From Polyangiales bacterium (GTDB taxonomy: Bacteria; Myxococcota_A; Polyangia; Polyangiales; JADJQN01): a DNA stretch of 64,000 nt. The stretch spans positions 288,001 through 352,000 of the forward strand of contig CAXNJO010000005.1 of NCBI GenBank assembly GCA_964202905.1, read 5' to 3'. Positions 51,834-63,000 of the stretch are shown piece after piece; within the stretch, counting starts at the first letter, position 1, and each line of letters starts with the position of its first letter. The position numbers were made by a program, and so were the translations under genes. The notes under the pieces are model-generated. The model was given only the letters and a program-made list of their open reading frames with translations. It did not search any database and was not told where the DNA came from.

Positions 51834-53318
51834 TCAGTCCGCGGTGCGCCAGCCGGCGTACCAGGGCGTGCCCGTCGGGTCAACTGCGCCCACGTAGGCT
51901 GCCGCGTCGAAGAAGCCACCCGCCGGGGGCGCCGCTGCGCCCGTCGTCGCGGCGGAGCCCGCCGCAGGCTGCCAGTTGCCGCGCACGATGCCGGGATCCG
52001 TCGTCCGGTTGGTCGCCTCGCCGAGGAGCCCGGCGCAGACCGTAGAGGTCGCGTCGCACTCGAAGTTCGCGGCCGCGTTGTTGTCGAAGAAGATCGTGTT
52101 CTGGACGCTCAGCGCGCCGGCGGTGACCTGCGCGTCCGTCGCGCTGTGCTGCACGCGAATCGACTTGTCCGGGAAGCTCATGAAGATGGCGTTGCGAAGG
52201 AGGCCCGCCGTGCCCTCGCGCAGCGTCGCGCCATCCTGCTGGCCGCCGCTCATGCGGCCGGCGCCGACGAAGGTGGCATTCCAGACCTCGGGCGCCGAGC
52301 GCGGGCTCGCGTCGCGCGAGTCTCCATTGTTGTCGGCCTCGATGCCGCGGTCCTCACCCGCCGCGCCACGCTGCTCGGCGATGAAGAACTGCACCTTGCC
52401 GGTGTACCCGAAGGCCCAGTCGAGCGAGTCGTCCCCCGTGTTGATCACGAGCGCGTGCTTGAGGTTCGCCGAACCGCCGAAGAACTCGATGCCGTCATCG
52501 AGGCCGTCGCGGACCTCGATGTAATCGAGCGTCGTGCCCGTGCCGCAGCCGCCGACGGTGAGGCCATTGAGCTCGTTGTTGGTGCCGAAGAGGAAGCCGG
52601 CGTAGCGGATCGTGACGTACCGGACCGAGCCGCAGTCGTGCGCGTCGTCGGTGCCGCCGAACTGGCCGCCCGTCTCGGTCGCGGGCAGACCCTCGATGGT
52701 CGAGGTGCCGCCGGTGTAGTTCGCGCGCGCGCGTCCGAGCAGCACGACGCCGCCCCAGTCACCCGCGGCGGGAACCGTCATCGCGTCGCCGTCGTACTCC
52801 TTCGCACTCGAGAAGCGGACCGGGAGCGCCGCGGTGCCGCGCGCGTCGATCGTCGCGTTCGTCGTGATGACGAGCGCCGCGTTGCCCGCGGTGCCCACGA
52901 CGACGGTGCCCGCCTCGATGACGAGCTCGCCGCTCGTGACGAACGTCGTCGACGTGAGGCGATAGAGGTTGTTGCAAGTCCAGGTCTGGCCAGTGATGTC
53001 GCCCCCCACGTCGACGGGCGTGCGCGCCGAGATGTCCGGACAGGACGGCGAGGGCGGGCCCATGTCGACCGGCGCGCCGGCGTCCACGTCGCCACCCGCG
53101 TCGGTGTCGCCGCCCGCGTCGACTTCGCCACCCGCGTCGACTTCGCCACCCGCGTCGACGTCACCGCCCGCGTCGGTGCCGAGATCGGTCGCGACGTTCA
53201 TGTCGACGGGCATGCCGAGGTCGATGCCCGGCATCACGTCGTCGTCGTCACCGCAGCCGGCCATCACAGCGCCCGAGAGCGCGAGCGCGATCATCCACTT
53301 TGAGCGATTGGCTTTCAC
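51834..53318 (-). CDS. Beta-helix lipoprotein associated with a TonB-dependent receptor
   Basis: GTG after GGAGAA; lipobox MAGC; acidic linker; GDWGGVVLLG, NELNGLT, DDGIEFFGG, GDDSLDW and GIEADN motifs. Confidence 0.82.
   Translation of the reverse strand: MKANRSKWMIALALSGAVMAGCGDDDDVMPGIDLGMPVDMNVATDLGTDAGGDVDAGGEVDAGGEVDAGGDTDAGGDVDAGAPVDMGPPSPSCPDISARTPVDVGGDITGQTWTCNNLYRLTSTTFVTSGELVIEAGTVVVGTAGNAALVITTNATIDARGTAALPVRFSSAKEYDGDAMTVPAAGDWGGVVLLGRARANYTGGTSTIEGLPATETGGQFGGTDDAHDCGSVRYVTIRYAGFLFGTNNELNGLTVGGCGTGTTLDYIEVRDGLDDGIEFFGGSANLKHALVINTGDDSLDWAFGYTGKVQFFIAEQRGAAGEDRGIEADNNGDSRDASPRSAPEVWNATFVGAGRMSGGQQDGATLREGTAGLLRNAIFMSFPDKSIRVQHSATDAQVTAGALSVQNTIFFDNNAAANFECDATSTVCAGLLGEATNRTTDPGIVRGNWQPAAGSAATTGAAAPPAGGFFDAAAYVGAVDPTGTPWYAGWRTAD
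53080..53175 (-). repeat. 18-bp in-frame tandem repeat (about 5 copies)
   Basis: Encodes (DAGG[D/E][V/T])n in the lipoprotein linker. Confidence 0.8.
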
Positions 53319-53386
53319 GTGTCTTCTCCGTTCATCCATCACAGATCATTGGTGAACTCGCCATGCGTTCGGGCGATGCGCGGGAT

Positions 53387-56352
53387 TCAGAACTCGTGTC
53401 CGATTCCCACGGATGCGCTCACGCCCTGGTCGTAGGACTGGACGACGAACCCTCCCTGCTCGAGGACGTAATCGTCGTTGAGCAGGTTGGAAATCGACGC
53501 CTTGAGTTGCAATTTTTCGACAATCTCCCACGTGACCGCGAGGTCGAGGCTGTGGAAGGGGACCTGATAGACATCGGGCACACCATTACGACCGACGTCC
53601 ACCAACCGACGTCCGAAGACATTGTAGTACAGGCGGATGTCGAGTCCCGCGTCAGTTGGCGCAAACCCGAGTGACAGATTCGCGACGTAGGGAGACTGAC
53701 CGGCCGTGGGGCGCTCGACGCTCGTCGCCTGACCGCGCTGGGCCTCGCTGAGCTGCACCGTGGAGTCGATGATCGACACGTTGCCCCCGATCGAGAAGGT
53801 GCGGAGTGCGTCGCTGAGGCGGCCGAGCGAAATCCGCGCCTCCGCCTCGACGCCGAGGTTGCGGGCGCCCTGCACGTTCTGGAAGGTGGTGCTGCCGTTC
53901 TCATCGTAGATGACGGACTCGATCGCACCGGCGAACGACTTGTAGAAGCCGGTGACCGCGACGACCTCCGAAGGCGCGGGGAACCACTCCCAGCGCAGAT
54001 CGAAGTTGTCGATGGTGGCGCGCTGCAGATCGGGATTGCCGGCCACGTTGCGGCGGCGCACGAAGTCGGGATAGACGAAGGGCGCGAGCTCGCGGATCTG
54101 CGGGCGCGCCACGGCGCGACCGTAGGCGAGGCGCACGAACATGTCGGTCATCGGCTGGACGACGAGCGACGCGCTCGGCAGCGGGTCGACATCGGTGCGC
54201 GCGCGGGAGATCGGCGCGCCGCCGCCGCCCGGCTCGGCGAAGGGCGACTGCGCCTCGACGGTCTGGCGGAAGCCCTCGACGCGCACACCGCCGACGAAAC
54301 GCAGCCAATCGACCACCGACCAGTCGACCATGCCGTAGGCGGCGCCGAGGCTCTGGGTCGCGCGGTAGCTGTCCGTCGTCTGGGTGACCTCGACGAGTTG
54401 CGTGACGGTGCCGAGATTCTCGCGAGAGAAGAGCAGATCCGGCGGCAGCGCCTGCAGGCTGCGGTCCGCGCCCGAGGTGAGCAGGTGCCGGAATCGGCGC
54501 ATGTCGAAGTCGCGGTCGCCGACCCGGACGAACGTGCCGAAACGGGTCGTCAGACTGGCGATCGGAATCGTGAGATCGAGCGAGCCGCCGCCATCACGCT
54601 GCGCGAGCGCGTTCGAGAGGCGCTCGCCGCTGCCGCCACCGGGGACCCAGCTCGCACCGCGGGGCTGGAGCTGATAGGCGAGGTCGCGGGTGTCGGGCTC
54701 GCTGCGGGCGCCGAGCGCCCCATTGAGCTGCCACTTCAGGCGGGCGTCGGTGCCGAGGAAGTGTTGGTGATCGCCGAGGAGCTGCCCGAAGAGGAGCGAG
54801 CGCTCGACCCAGCGCAGGCGGCGCAGGAAGACGTCCGCATCCACGTCCTGCGAATAACCCGTGATGAAGCCCGCGTAGTCGTCGCCGGCCTGGCTCGCGA
54901 GGACGGTGAGCCCGATGGTGTCGTCGTCCGAGGCCTCGAGCGTGACGGCACCGAGCGCGCCGACGAGCGCCGAGGTCTGCGTCGTCTCGCGGGAGAGGCG
55001 ATTGTCCTGCAGCACCGGACGACCATCGGAGATCGCGACGCGATTCACCGTCTCGACGAGCCGCTGCACCTCGCGTTGGTAGCCGAGCGAGAGGAAATAG
55101 CCGAGTCGGCCGCCGCCGACCGCGAAGGAATCACCGAGTCCGACACCCAGCTTGAGGTTGGGCATCGCGAGATCGCGCGTGAGCGCCCAGCGCGGGACGA
55201 AGCCGCGCGCGCGGGCATCGACCTCGGCCTGCGTGAATCCACCGCTCGAGGCCGCGAGGCGGCGATCGGCGGGTACCGAGCTGGGGAGTGCGCGGGCGCC
55301 GCTCGTCGACAGCCGAGGAAATCGGTGCCGCTCCCCGCGCTGCCGAGCACGTCGCGGAAGGTGGTTTGCGAGTTGTAGCCGAGCGAGAGGCTCGTCGTGA
55401 GACGGAACCGCGACGGGAACTCGCGCGTGGTGAGCAGCAGCGTGCCGCCCGCGGCGTCGCCGGGGATGTCGGGGACGACCGTCTTGTAGATGGTCATCGC
55501 CGCGAGCACCGACGCTGGGAAGAGATCGAGTTGGACGCCCGGTACGTCCGGGTCGGTGCTCGGGATTTGCGCGCCGTTGAGCAGCACGCTCGTGTAGCGC
55601 CCGCCGAGGCCGCGGACGAAGAGGTATTGGCCGCCGACGACGCTCGCGCCGACGACGCGCCGCGCGGCGTCGCCTGCGTTGCTGTCGGGGCTGCGCGCGA
55701 TCTCCTGCGCGCTGATGCCATCGCTCACCGAGCTGCTCTGACGGCGGAGCTCGAGCTGCGTGGCTTCGGTGGCGCGGTCGGCGCGCGCGGTGACGACGAC
55801 CTCGGCGAGCGTGTCGGTGTCGGGCTGGAGGTCGATGGAGAGCTCGACCGCCTCGCCGCGACCGACGACGACGTTCGTGAGGCGCGCCGTCTGGTAGAGG
55901 TCGTACGTGACGCGCAGCGCGTAGGTGCCGGGCGGGAGCTCGATTTGGAAGCAGCCGTCGAAGTTCGTAAAGGTGCGGCGGCCGCCGACGACCTGAACAG
56001 CACCTTCAATGATGGTTTCTTGCGTGGCCCCGTCGCGCACGAGGCCGACGATGCCGCTGCGGCGGATGCGCCGGACGTTGCCGGCGTCGTCCATCATCTC
56101 CGCGCACGCAAAGCCCGTCGCGCTCGCGATTCCATCGCCTTCACCGGGTTCGGCGGCGGCGTCTCCGGCCTCGTCCACGGCGGCTGCGTCACGCGGCGCC
56201 GGCGGCGCGGCGGCGACTTCTAGCGCCTCCTGCGGGGGCGCGGCCGGGGCTGGCGCGGCAGCCTCCTGCGCGTGCGCCGTCCCTGCGAGTGCGAGCCCCG
56301 CGAACAAACCCACCCCGAGCGCGAGCGCGCGCCCGACGAATCCCTGCTGCAT
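53387..56352 (-). CDS. TonB-dependent receptor with N-terminal carboxypeptidase-regulatory-like domain (frameshift about 55310)
   Basis: Signal AHA-Q; plug VRGLGGRY...NG..IPS.DP...LDLFP; barrel motifs ARPQIRELAPF and GNPDL..ATIDNFDLRWEWF; terminal Phe. Confidence 0.9.
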
Positions 56353-56409
56353 CGATGTTCCCCTTCGTCGCTCGGACGATCCGGCTGCGCGCTCCATGGA
56401 GCGGCGGGC

Positions 56410-56853
56410 TCACTGCGTGACGGAAGCGAGCGCGGCTGTCGCGACCGCGATCGTCGTCGCGCCACCACCGCGGGCCTCGTCGAGGGCGGCGACCGCGCGC
56501 TCGAAGGGCGCGTCGTCGGCCGCGTCGAAAAAGATCGTGCGATCGCCCTTCGCCGCGAGGATGCGGCGCAGACGCGGGCGCAGCTCCTCGAGGGCGACCT
56601 CGTCGCGGTTGATGAACACCTTGCCCGCCGCGTCCACGGACACGACGACCGAGCGGTCCTCGGCCGCGGGCGGCGGCGGCGTGTTCTCGTCGGGCTTGAG
56701 CGGCAGGAAGATCCAGAACTGCTTCGAGAGCAGCGGCGTGATCACCATGAAGATGATGAGCAACACGAGCACGACGTCGACGAGCGGCGTGACGTTCATC
56801 TCCGGGCGGGCGCCCTTCTTGCGGCCTTTGCCGCCACCGAGATCCATCGCCAT
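56410..56853 (-). CDS. exbD: Biopolymer transport protein ExbD/TolR
   Basis: MNVTPLVDVVLVLLIIFMV motif. Confidence 0.9.
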   Translation of the reverse strand: MAMDLGGGKGRKKGARPEMNVTPLVDVVLVLLIIFMVITPLLSKQFWIFLPLKPDENTPPPPAAEDRSVVVSVDAAGKVFINRDEVALEELRPRLRRILAAKGDRTIFFDAADDAPFERAVAALDEARGGGATTIAVATAALASVTQ

Positions 56854-56871
56854 GGGTTCGCTCCTTCGCGC

Positions 56872-57336
56872 TCAGCGCGCGTCCGCGCGGAGCGGGCTCG
56901 CCTGCGCGCCGCCGCGCTCGTTGACCTGCAGCGAGATGCCGGGAAAACCGATGTCCTGCAGCATCGAGAAGAGCTGCCGCGCGTCGTCGTAGTGCACGCC
57001 GCGGTCGGCGCGCAGCACGATGCGCCGCATCACATCCGTCTCGTGCTCCGCGGTGAGCCGCGCCTCGAGCGCCTCACGCGCGAGCGGCTCCTTGTCGAGG
57101 AAGAGCTGACCATCGCCTTGGAGCGAGAGCGTCAGCGGATCGACGCGGCCCTTCACCTCCTCGTCGACGTTCAGCACGCTCGGGAGTTCGATGTGGGCGC
57201 CGCTCTCCATCGCCGGGATGACGACCATGAAGATGATGAGCAGCACGAGCACGACGTCGACGAGCGGCGTGACGTTCATCGCCGGCACGGGGCGCTTGCC
57301 CGCGCGCTTTTCCCGTCGGTTGGGGGACTTCGACAT
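56872..57336 (-). CDS. exbD: Biopolymer transport protein ExbD/TolR (second copy)
   Basis: MNVTPLVDVVLVLLIIFMV and LRADRGV motifs. Confidence 0.9.
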   Translation of the reverse strand: MSKSPNRREKRAGKRPVPAMNVTPLVDVVLVLLIIFMVVIPAMESGAHIELPSVLNVDEEVKGRVDPLTLSLQGDGQLFLDKEPLAREALEARLTAEHETDVMRRIVLRADRGVHYDDARQLFSMLQDIGFPGISLQVNERGGAQASPLRADAR

Positions 57337-57365
57337 GGCCGGGCTCCGGGGTTCGGCGCGGACGC

Positions 57366-58132
57366 TCAGTTGATGACGTGCGCCGCTCGCGAGGGCGGGC
57401 GCGGCCGGGCGCGAGGGGCCCGCGGGGGAGACGCCCGCCGCCGCGCGCTCGTCGTTGCCGGCCTCGACCGACGTCGAGCGACTCGAGGCGATCGATGAGC
57501 TCGCCCGCCGCGTTCTGGAGCGCCATCTCCTCGTGCGTGATGCGGCCGTTGACCCAGTTGAAGAGGAGCACGGTCGGGATGGCGACGCAGAGGCCGTAAC
57601 CCGTGACGATGAGCGCCTCGCCGATGGCGGCGCCGATCGTGCCGAGGCCGCCCGAACCGTTCGCGGCGATGAGCTTGAAGGCGTTGATGATGCCGAGGAC
57701 GGTGCCGAGGAGACCGACGAACGGCGCCGTCGAACCCGTCGAGGCGAGCACGCCCATGCCGCGGGAGAGGTCGGCGGCGATGCGCTCGTTCTTGCGCTCG
57801 AGGGCGCGGCGCGCGAGCTCGAGCGACTTCGCCGGCGAGCCGCCCTTGCCGAGCTTCTCGAAGTACGTGCTGAGCCCCGTGTGAACGAGCGCCGCGAGGT
57901 AGCTGCCATCGGTCTTCGAGGCGAGGTTCAGGATGGCCTCGTCGTCCCCCGCGGCGGCGAGCGGCGCGGCCTTGGCGCTGAAGGCGCGTGAGCGCGCGCC
58001 GTTGCGGAACATCGCGACCAGCCGGTCGATCGCCACGCCGAGGCTCCCGACCGCCTGCAGCGTGAGCACGATGACGACCGCCTTGACGGGCAGGCCCATC
58101 TTCTCCCAGAGCTCGAGCAGGTTGATTTCCAT
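57366..58132 (-). CDS. exbB: MotA/TolQ/ExbB proton channel (3' end uncertain, probable indel about 57470)
   Basis: LASTGSTAPFVGLLGTVLGIINAF and IGEALIVTGYGLCVAIP motifs; GAGGG RBS. Confidence 0.9.
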
Positions 58133-58260
58133 CGTGGTTCCCTCTTTCGCCTTCGTGATCAGCGTGGATGCGTGGGTGAAGCGTGGGATTCGAGAATCGG
58201 ATTCTGCGGCGCGTGAAGGGGTATTCGCGGGGCGCTTTGACGGCGATGCGAGAGGCCGAG

Positions 58261-59030
58261 TCACTCCACCTGGAAGCGGATGGGCAGGACCTTGAACACG
58301 GAGATCGCCTCGCCATCGGGGAGGCGCGCGGGGTTGAAGCGCCAGCCGCGTACGACGCGCAGCACGGTGTCGTCGAAGAGCGGGTGACCGCGGAGCACCT
58401 CGGCGCTGAGCACGCGGCCGTCCTCGCCGATGCCGAGTTTCACGATCACGGTCGCGCGGATGGCCTGTGAGCGCGCCGCCTCCGGGTACGGCACCGCCTC
58501 GTTGGAGGAGAGCGGCGTCGGGGCGGTGGCGTTTTCGGGCTGCTGGATCGGGCCGCGCGGGCGCTGCGGCGCGGGCGGAGGCGGAGGCGGGGAGGCGGAG
58601 GCGCGACGGCCGCGGGCGCCGAGGGCTCCCCGCCCGCGACGCCGTCGACGGCGCCGTTCAGATCGCCCTCGACGGGCCCGGCCGGCGGCGCATCGACGAG
58701 CGCTGCGTCCGACTCGTCGGGGCGCTCGTTGCGGATCTCGTCGGGCGCGACGAGGTTCGGCGGCGGGGGCGCGCTGCGCGGGGGAGGCGGACGGCGCGGC
58801 TCGACCGTGGGGGGCGGCGGCGGAGGCGGTGGGGGCGGTGGGGGCGGCGGCGGAGGCGCGAACTCCACCTGCGCGAGCTCGTCCTGTCGCACGGCCGCGC
58901 GCGTCGCGGCGGTCGCGGCGACGATCAGGCCCCCGATCAGGCCGTACACGACGATCGCACCGGCCATCGACGCGCCGAAGCGCCGCTTCGCGGTCTTTGC
59001 CGAGCCGTCGTGCTGGTAGTCGTCGAACAC
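58261..59030 (-). CDS. tonB: Energy transducer TonB (frameshift about 58600)
   Basis: GGAGG RBS, N-terminal TM, poly-Pro linker, then YPEAAR...DGRV...WRFNPA...PIRF in a shifted frame. Confidence 0.88.
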
Positions 59031-59082
59031 GCGGGCCTCCGCACCCCGTGCATTGGGTGCGAAGCGTTGGTACGAGGCGACG

Positions 59083-59111
59083 GTGACGGTCGCGTGAACG
59101 AGGCGTGGCGT
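59083..59111 (-). promoter_or_regulatory. Candidate Pho-box-like direct repeats upstream of tonB
   Basis: Minus strand ACGCCAC-N4-CGTTCAC-N4-CCGTCAC with 11-bp periodicity. Confidence 0.4.
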
Positions 59112-59212
59112 TTGGCAACAGCGCCGTGGCGATCCGGCGGGCGCGTGCGCTCCCACACCGTCCGCGCAGCACGCCGCGACGCGGTCGAGCCCCGCGTGAG
59201 CCGGCGACGCGC

Positions 59213-60013
59213 TCAGGCGCCGCGTGAGCCGGCGACGCGCTGGCAACGCGCGCAGTAATAGGTCGAGCGGCCCGCCTCGCCCTGCCGCGTCATGCGCACC
59301 GCGTCCCCGCAGCGCCCGCAGGGCTCGCCGCCGCGGCCGTAGACCCACGCGCGCGCCAGCCCGTCGTCCCGCGTGACGCGCGCGTGTCCGTCGAGGTTGC
59401 GGCGCATCAGGTCACGCGCCGCGTCGAGCAGGGCGTCGAGCGCGGCGTCGTCGAGGTCACGCACGAACGCGAAGGGATCGACGCCGACGACGAAGAGCGT
59501 CTCGCTCTTGTAGACGTTGCCGATGCCGCTCACGAGCGACTGGTTCATCAGCGCGACGCCGATCGGCAGCTCGCCCCGCGCGCGCAGGCGCTGACGCGCG
59601 GCGTCGCGGTCGAAGTCGGGCGCGAGCAGGTCCGGGCCGAGCGAACGCGCCGTGGCGTCGCGCGCGAGCCCCCCCGCCGCGAGCAGCGTGACGTCGGGCG
59701 CGTGGAAACACACGGCGACGTAGGTCGCCGTCGCGAGCACGACGCGGGCGCCGCGCTCGGGGCGCTGCCAGCGCTCACCGGGGCGGTAGACGTGCCAGGC
59801 GCCGGTCATGCGCTGGTGCGTGACGAGCGTGCGGCCGTCGTCGAAGTGCACGCGCAGGTGCTTGCCGTGCGCGTCGACGCGCGCGACGACGCGACCGACG
59901 AGCGACGCGGCGTCGAGGCCCGGCACGGTGCTCGTCGCCGTGACGAGCGTGCTGCCTGCGAGCGCCCGATCGAGCGTGCGCGCCGTGCGGAGGATCGTGT
60001 CGCCCTCGGGCAC
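59213..60013 (-). CDS. nei: Fpg/Nei-family DNA glycosylase/AP lyase
   Basis: N-terminal PEGD, HGKHL, H-RMTG-W, LGPD, SGIGNVYKSE and the C-x2-C...C-x2-CQ zinc finger. Confidence 0.92.
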   Translation of the reverse strand: MPEGDTILRTARTLDRALAGSTLVTATSTVPGLDAASLVGRVVARVDAHGKHLRVHFDDGRTLVTHQRMTGAWHVYRPGERWQRPERGARVVLATATYVAVCFHAPDVTLLAAGGLARDATARSLGPDLLAPDFDRDAARQRLRARGELPIGVALMNQSLVSGIGNVYKSETLFVVGVDPFAFVRDLDDAALDALLDAARDLMRRNLDGHARVTRDDGLARAWVYGRGGEPCGRCGDAVRMTRQGEAGRSTYYCARCQRVAGSRGA

Positions 60014-60021
60014 CGTGCACC

Positions 60022-63000
60022 TCAGCGGGGACCGCGCTTGAAGAGGCCGCGCGAGGTCGCGGCGAACCCCGCGGCGGCGAGCGCGCGCCCGAGCGCGCCG
60101 TCGAGCGTGGCAGGCCGACCGTCGATGGTCGCGAGCACGACGGCGCGCTGTGCGCCCGCGTCGACCGGCCCGGCGAGCGCGCCGGCGAGGGCCTCGGCCA
60201 GCCGCCCGCGCGCCGGCTCGTCCTCGGGGAGGAACGCGAGCAGCGCGTCGCCACCGCGGCCGATCCACGCCGCGAGCGACCAGTCGTCCACGAGCACGAC
60301 GCGCGCGCCCGCCGCGCGCTGCGGCCGTGCCCCCTGCGCACCCGCCACGCGCTCCGGCCAGCGCAGCGCGGCGCCCCACGGGCTCGCCGGATCGGTCGCC
60401 GCGAGCACGAGCGTCCGGGGCTCGGGCGAGCCGTCCCGGAGCGCACGCAGCCGATCGTCGGCGCCCGGCTGCGCGAACTGCGTCGCGCCGAGCCCCGCGA
60501 CGAAGTAGCCGCGACGCGCGCGCCCTCCCTCTTCGAGCGCCTTCAGCACGGGATACACGGCCGCGAAGCCCTCGGCGTGCCCCTCCGCGAGCACGGCCTC
60601 GCGCACGACGACGCCGTGCCGCTCGAGCAGCTGCTGCGCGAGCGCGGCGCGGCGCTCGGTGTCGCTCGGACCGACGCCGGGCGCGTCGAGCGCACCGGGC
60701 AGGAGCGACCAGCGGCCCTCGCTGCCGGGAGGCCCGACGCGGCGGGAGCGGAAGGCGCCCGGCCGCTCGCGCCCGCGACGCGTGTCGCGCGTGCCACCGA
60801 GCACCGCGCGGAGCGGCTGCAGCGTGTCGTTGGTCGCCTCGCCCGCCCACACGAGATCCCAGAGCGCCGCGAGCAGATCGCCCGGAAATGCGGCGGTTTC
60901 GCGCAGGAGATCGGCGAAGAAGAGCGCGCCGCGGCCCGCGAGCAGCGCCCGCACACGCGCCTGCAGCGCACCCGGCGCGGGCACCGGGCGCGGGGCGAGC
61001 GTGCGGAGGTGATCACCGAGGTAGAGCGCGACGCGCCCATCCGCGGGCGCGAGCGGCTCGAGGCCGCGCCACACCACCTCGCCCGCGGCCATGAGCGTGT
61101 CGAGCATCGCCGGCGCGTAGCCCTCGACGCGGGCGGGCAGCACCTCGCGCTCGAGCGCGGAGGCGACGAGCGGCGCGCCCTGGAGCTGCGCGACGACGTC
61201 GAGCAGCGCGTCGAGCCCGCGGCGCGGCTGCACGAGGCCGTGCCGCTCGCAGAGGAGGCGCGCGTAGGCCTCGGGCGCGACGGGTTCGACCGCGCGACGC
61301 AGCCGCGCCAGCGAGCGGCGCTTGATCGCGCGGAGCACCTCGGCGTCGCAGTACTCGCGCCCGCGGCCACCCGGCAGCAGCGCGCCGAACACGACCCGAT
61401 CCCGCGCGACGAGCGCGTCGAGCGCGGCGGCCACCGGGCCCGCGCCGAGGGCGAAGCGCGCCGCGGCCTGCTCCACGGGGAAGGGCCCGCGCCCGCGCGC
61501 GAAGCGGGCGAGCAGCCCCTCGAGGGCCTGCGGCGCGACCTCGAGGAACTCGACGGGCAGGCCGCGCGGCGGCACGACGCCGAGCGCGTCGCGGTAGCGC
61601 CCCGCGTCCTCGGCGGCGATGCAACGCCGCGCGCCGCCGATCGCGATCTCGCACACGCGCCGCTCGCGCACGAGCACGGCGACGGCGTCGTCGAGCGCGA
61701 AGCCCGCCGCGACGCGCGCCGCGAGTTCTTCAAGCGTCAGATCGCCGAGCAGCCGCAACAGATCGTGCACGCCGTCCGCGCTCGCGGGCGGGCGCTCGCG
61801 GGCGAGCTGCTGCAACGCGCGCTCGGTCGCCTCGATCGCCTCCGGGTCGAGCAGCTCGCGCAGCTCGGCCTCGCCGAGCAGCTCGCGGAGCTGCGCGTGA
61901 TCGACGGCGAGGGCCTGCGCGCGGCGCTCCGCCAGCGGCGCATCACCATCATACAAGAAGGCACCGACGTACGCGGCGAGGATCGACGAGGCGAACGGGG
62001 AGGCGCGCTGCGAGTCGGCCGCGACGACGCGGATCGCGCGGCCGCGCACGCGGCGCAGCAGCTCGATGAGGCCCGGCAGATCGAAGATGTCGCGCAGCAG
62101 CTCGCGGTACGTCTCGAGCACGATGGGGAAGGAGGGGTGACGCGCCGTCACCGCGAGCAGGTCCGCGGCGCGCTTGCGCTGCGCCCAGAGCGGCGAGCGC
62201 TTGCCGGGCGCGCGGCGTGGCAGGAGCAGCGCGCGCCCCGCTGCCTCGCGGAAGCGCGCCGCGAACATCGAGGTGCCGCCGAGGAGCCGCACCAGCCGGT
62301 CCTCGAGCTCGTCGGGCTCCGGCAGGAAGGCCTCGACGGGGGGAGGCGTGTCCGACTCGGGCAGGCGGAACACCATGCCGTCGTCCGTCCAGGTCGTCTC
62401 GACCTCGAGGTCGCTCTCACCGCGCAAGGCGGCCTGCACGCACATCGCCCACGGCGCGTGCACGCGGCCCCCGTAGGGCGTCAGCACGCACACGCGCCAG
62501 TCGCCGAGCTCGTCGCGGAAGCGCTCGACGACGATCGTCGCGTCGCTCGGCACCTCGCCCGTCGCGCCGCGCTGCTCGTGGACGTAGGCGACGAGGTTGC
62601 GCGCAGCGGACGCGTCGAGGCCCCACGACGCACTCAGCCACGCCTCGCCTTCCGCGACCGTCGCGCCCGCGATCCGCCGCGTGAGGCGGCCGATCGCCTC
62701 GCCGAGCTCGCGTGAGCGTGCGAGCCCGTCGGCGCGCCAGAACGGCATCTTCCCCGGCTCGCCGGGCGCGGGGCTGACGAGCACGCGGTCGCGCGTGATC
62801 GACTCCACCCGCCACGACGACGCGCCGAGCACGATGACCTCGCCCTCGCGCGTCTCGAACACCATCTCTTCGTCGAGCTCCCCGACGCGCCGCGAGGTGC
62901 GCTCGTCGCCGCCCGCGAGGAACACGCCGTAGAGCCCGCGGTCGGGGATCGTGCCCGCGTTCAGGATCGCGACGCGCTGCGCCCCCTCGCGCGCGCGGAC

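Noticed and set aside
56741..57280. Near-identical roughly 57-bp segments in the two exbD genes
   Set aside because: They encode the conserved ExbD TM motif under strong codon bias; tandem exbD pairs are common.
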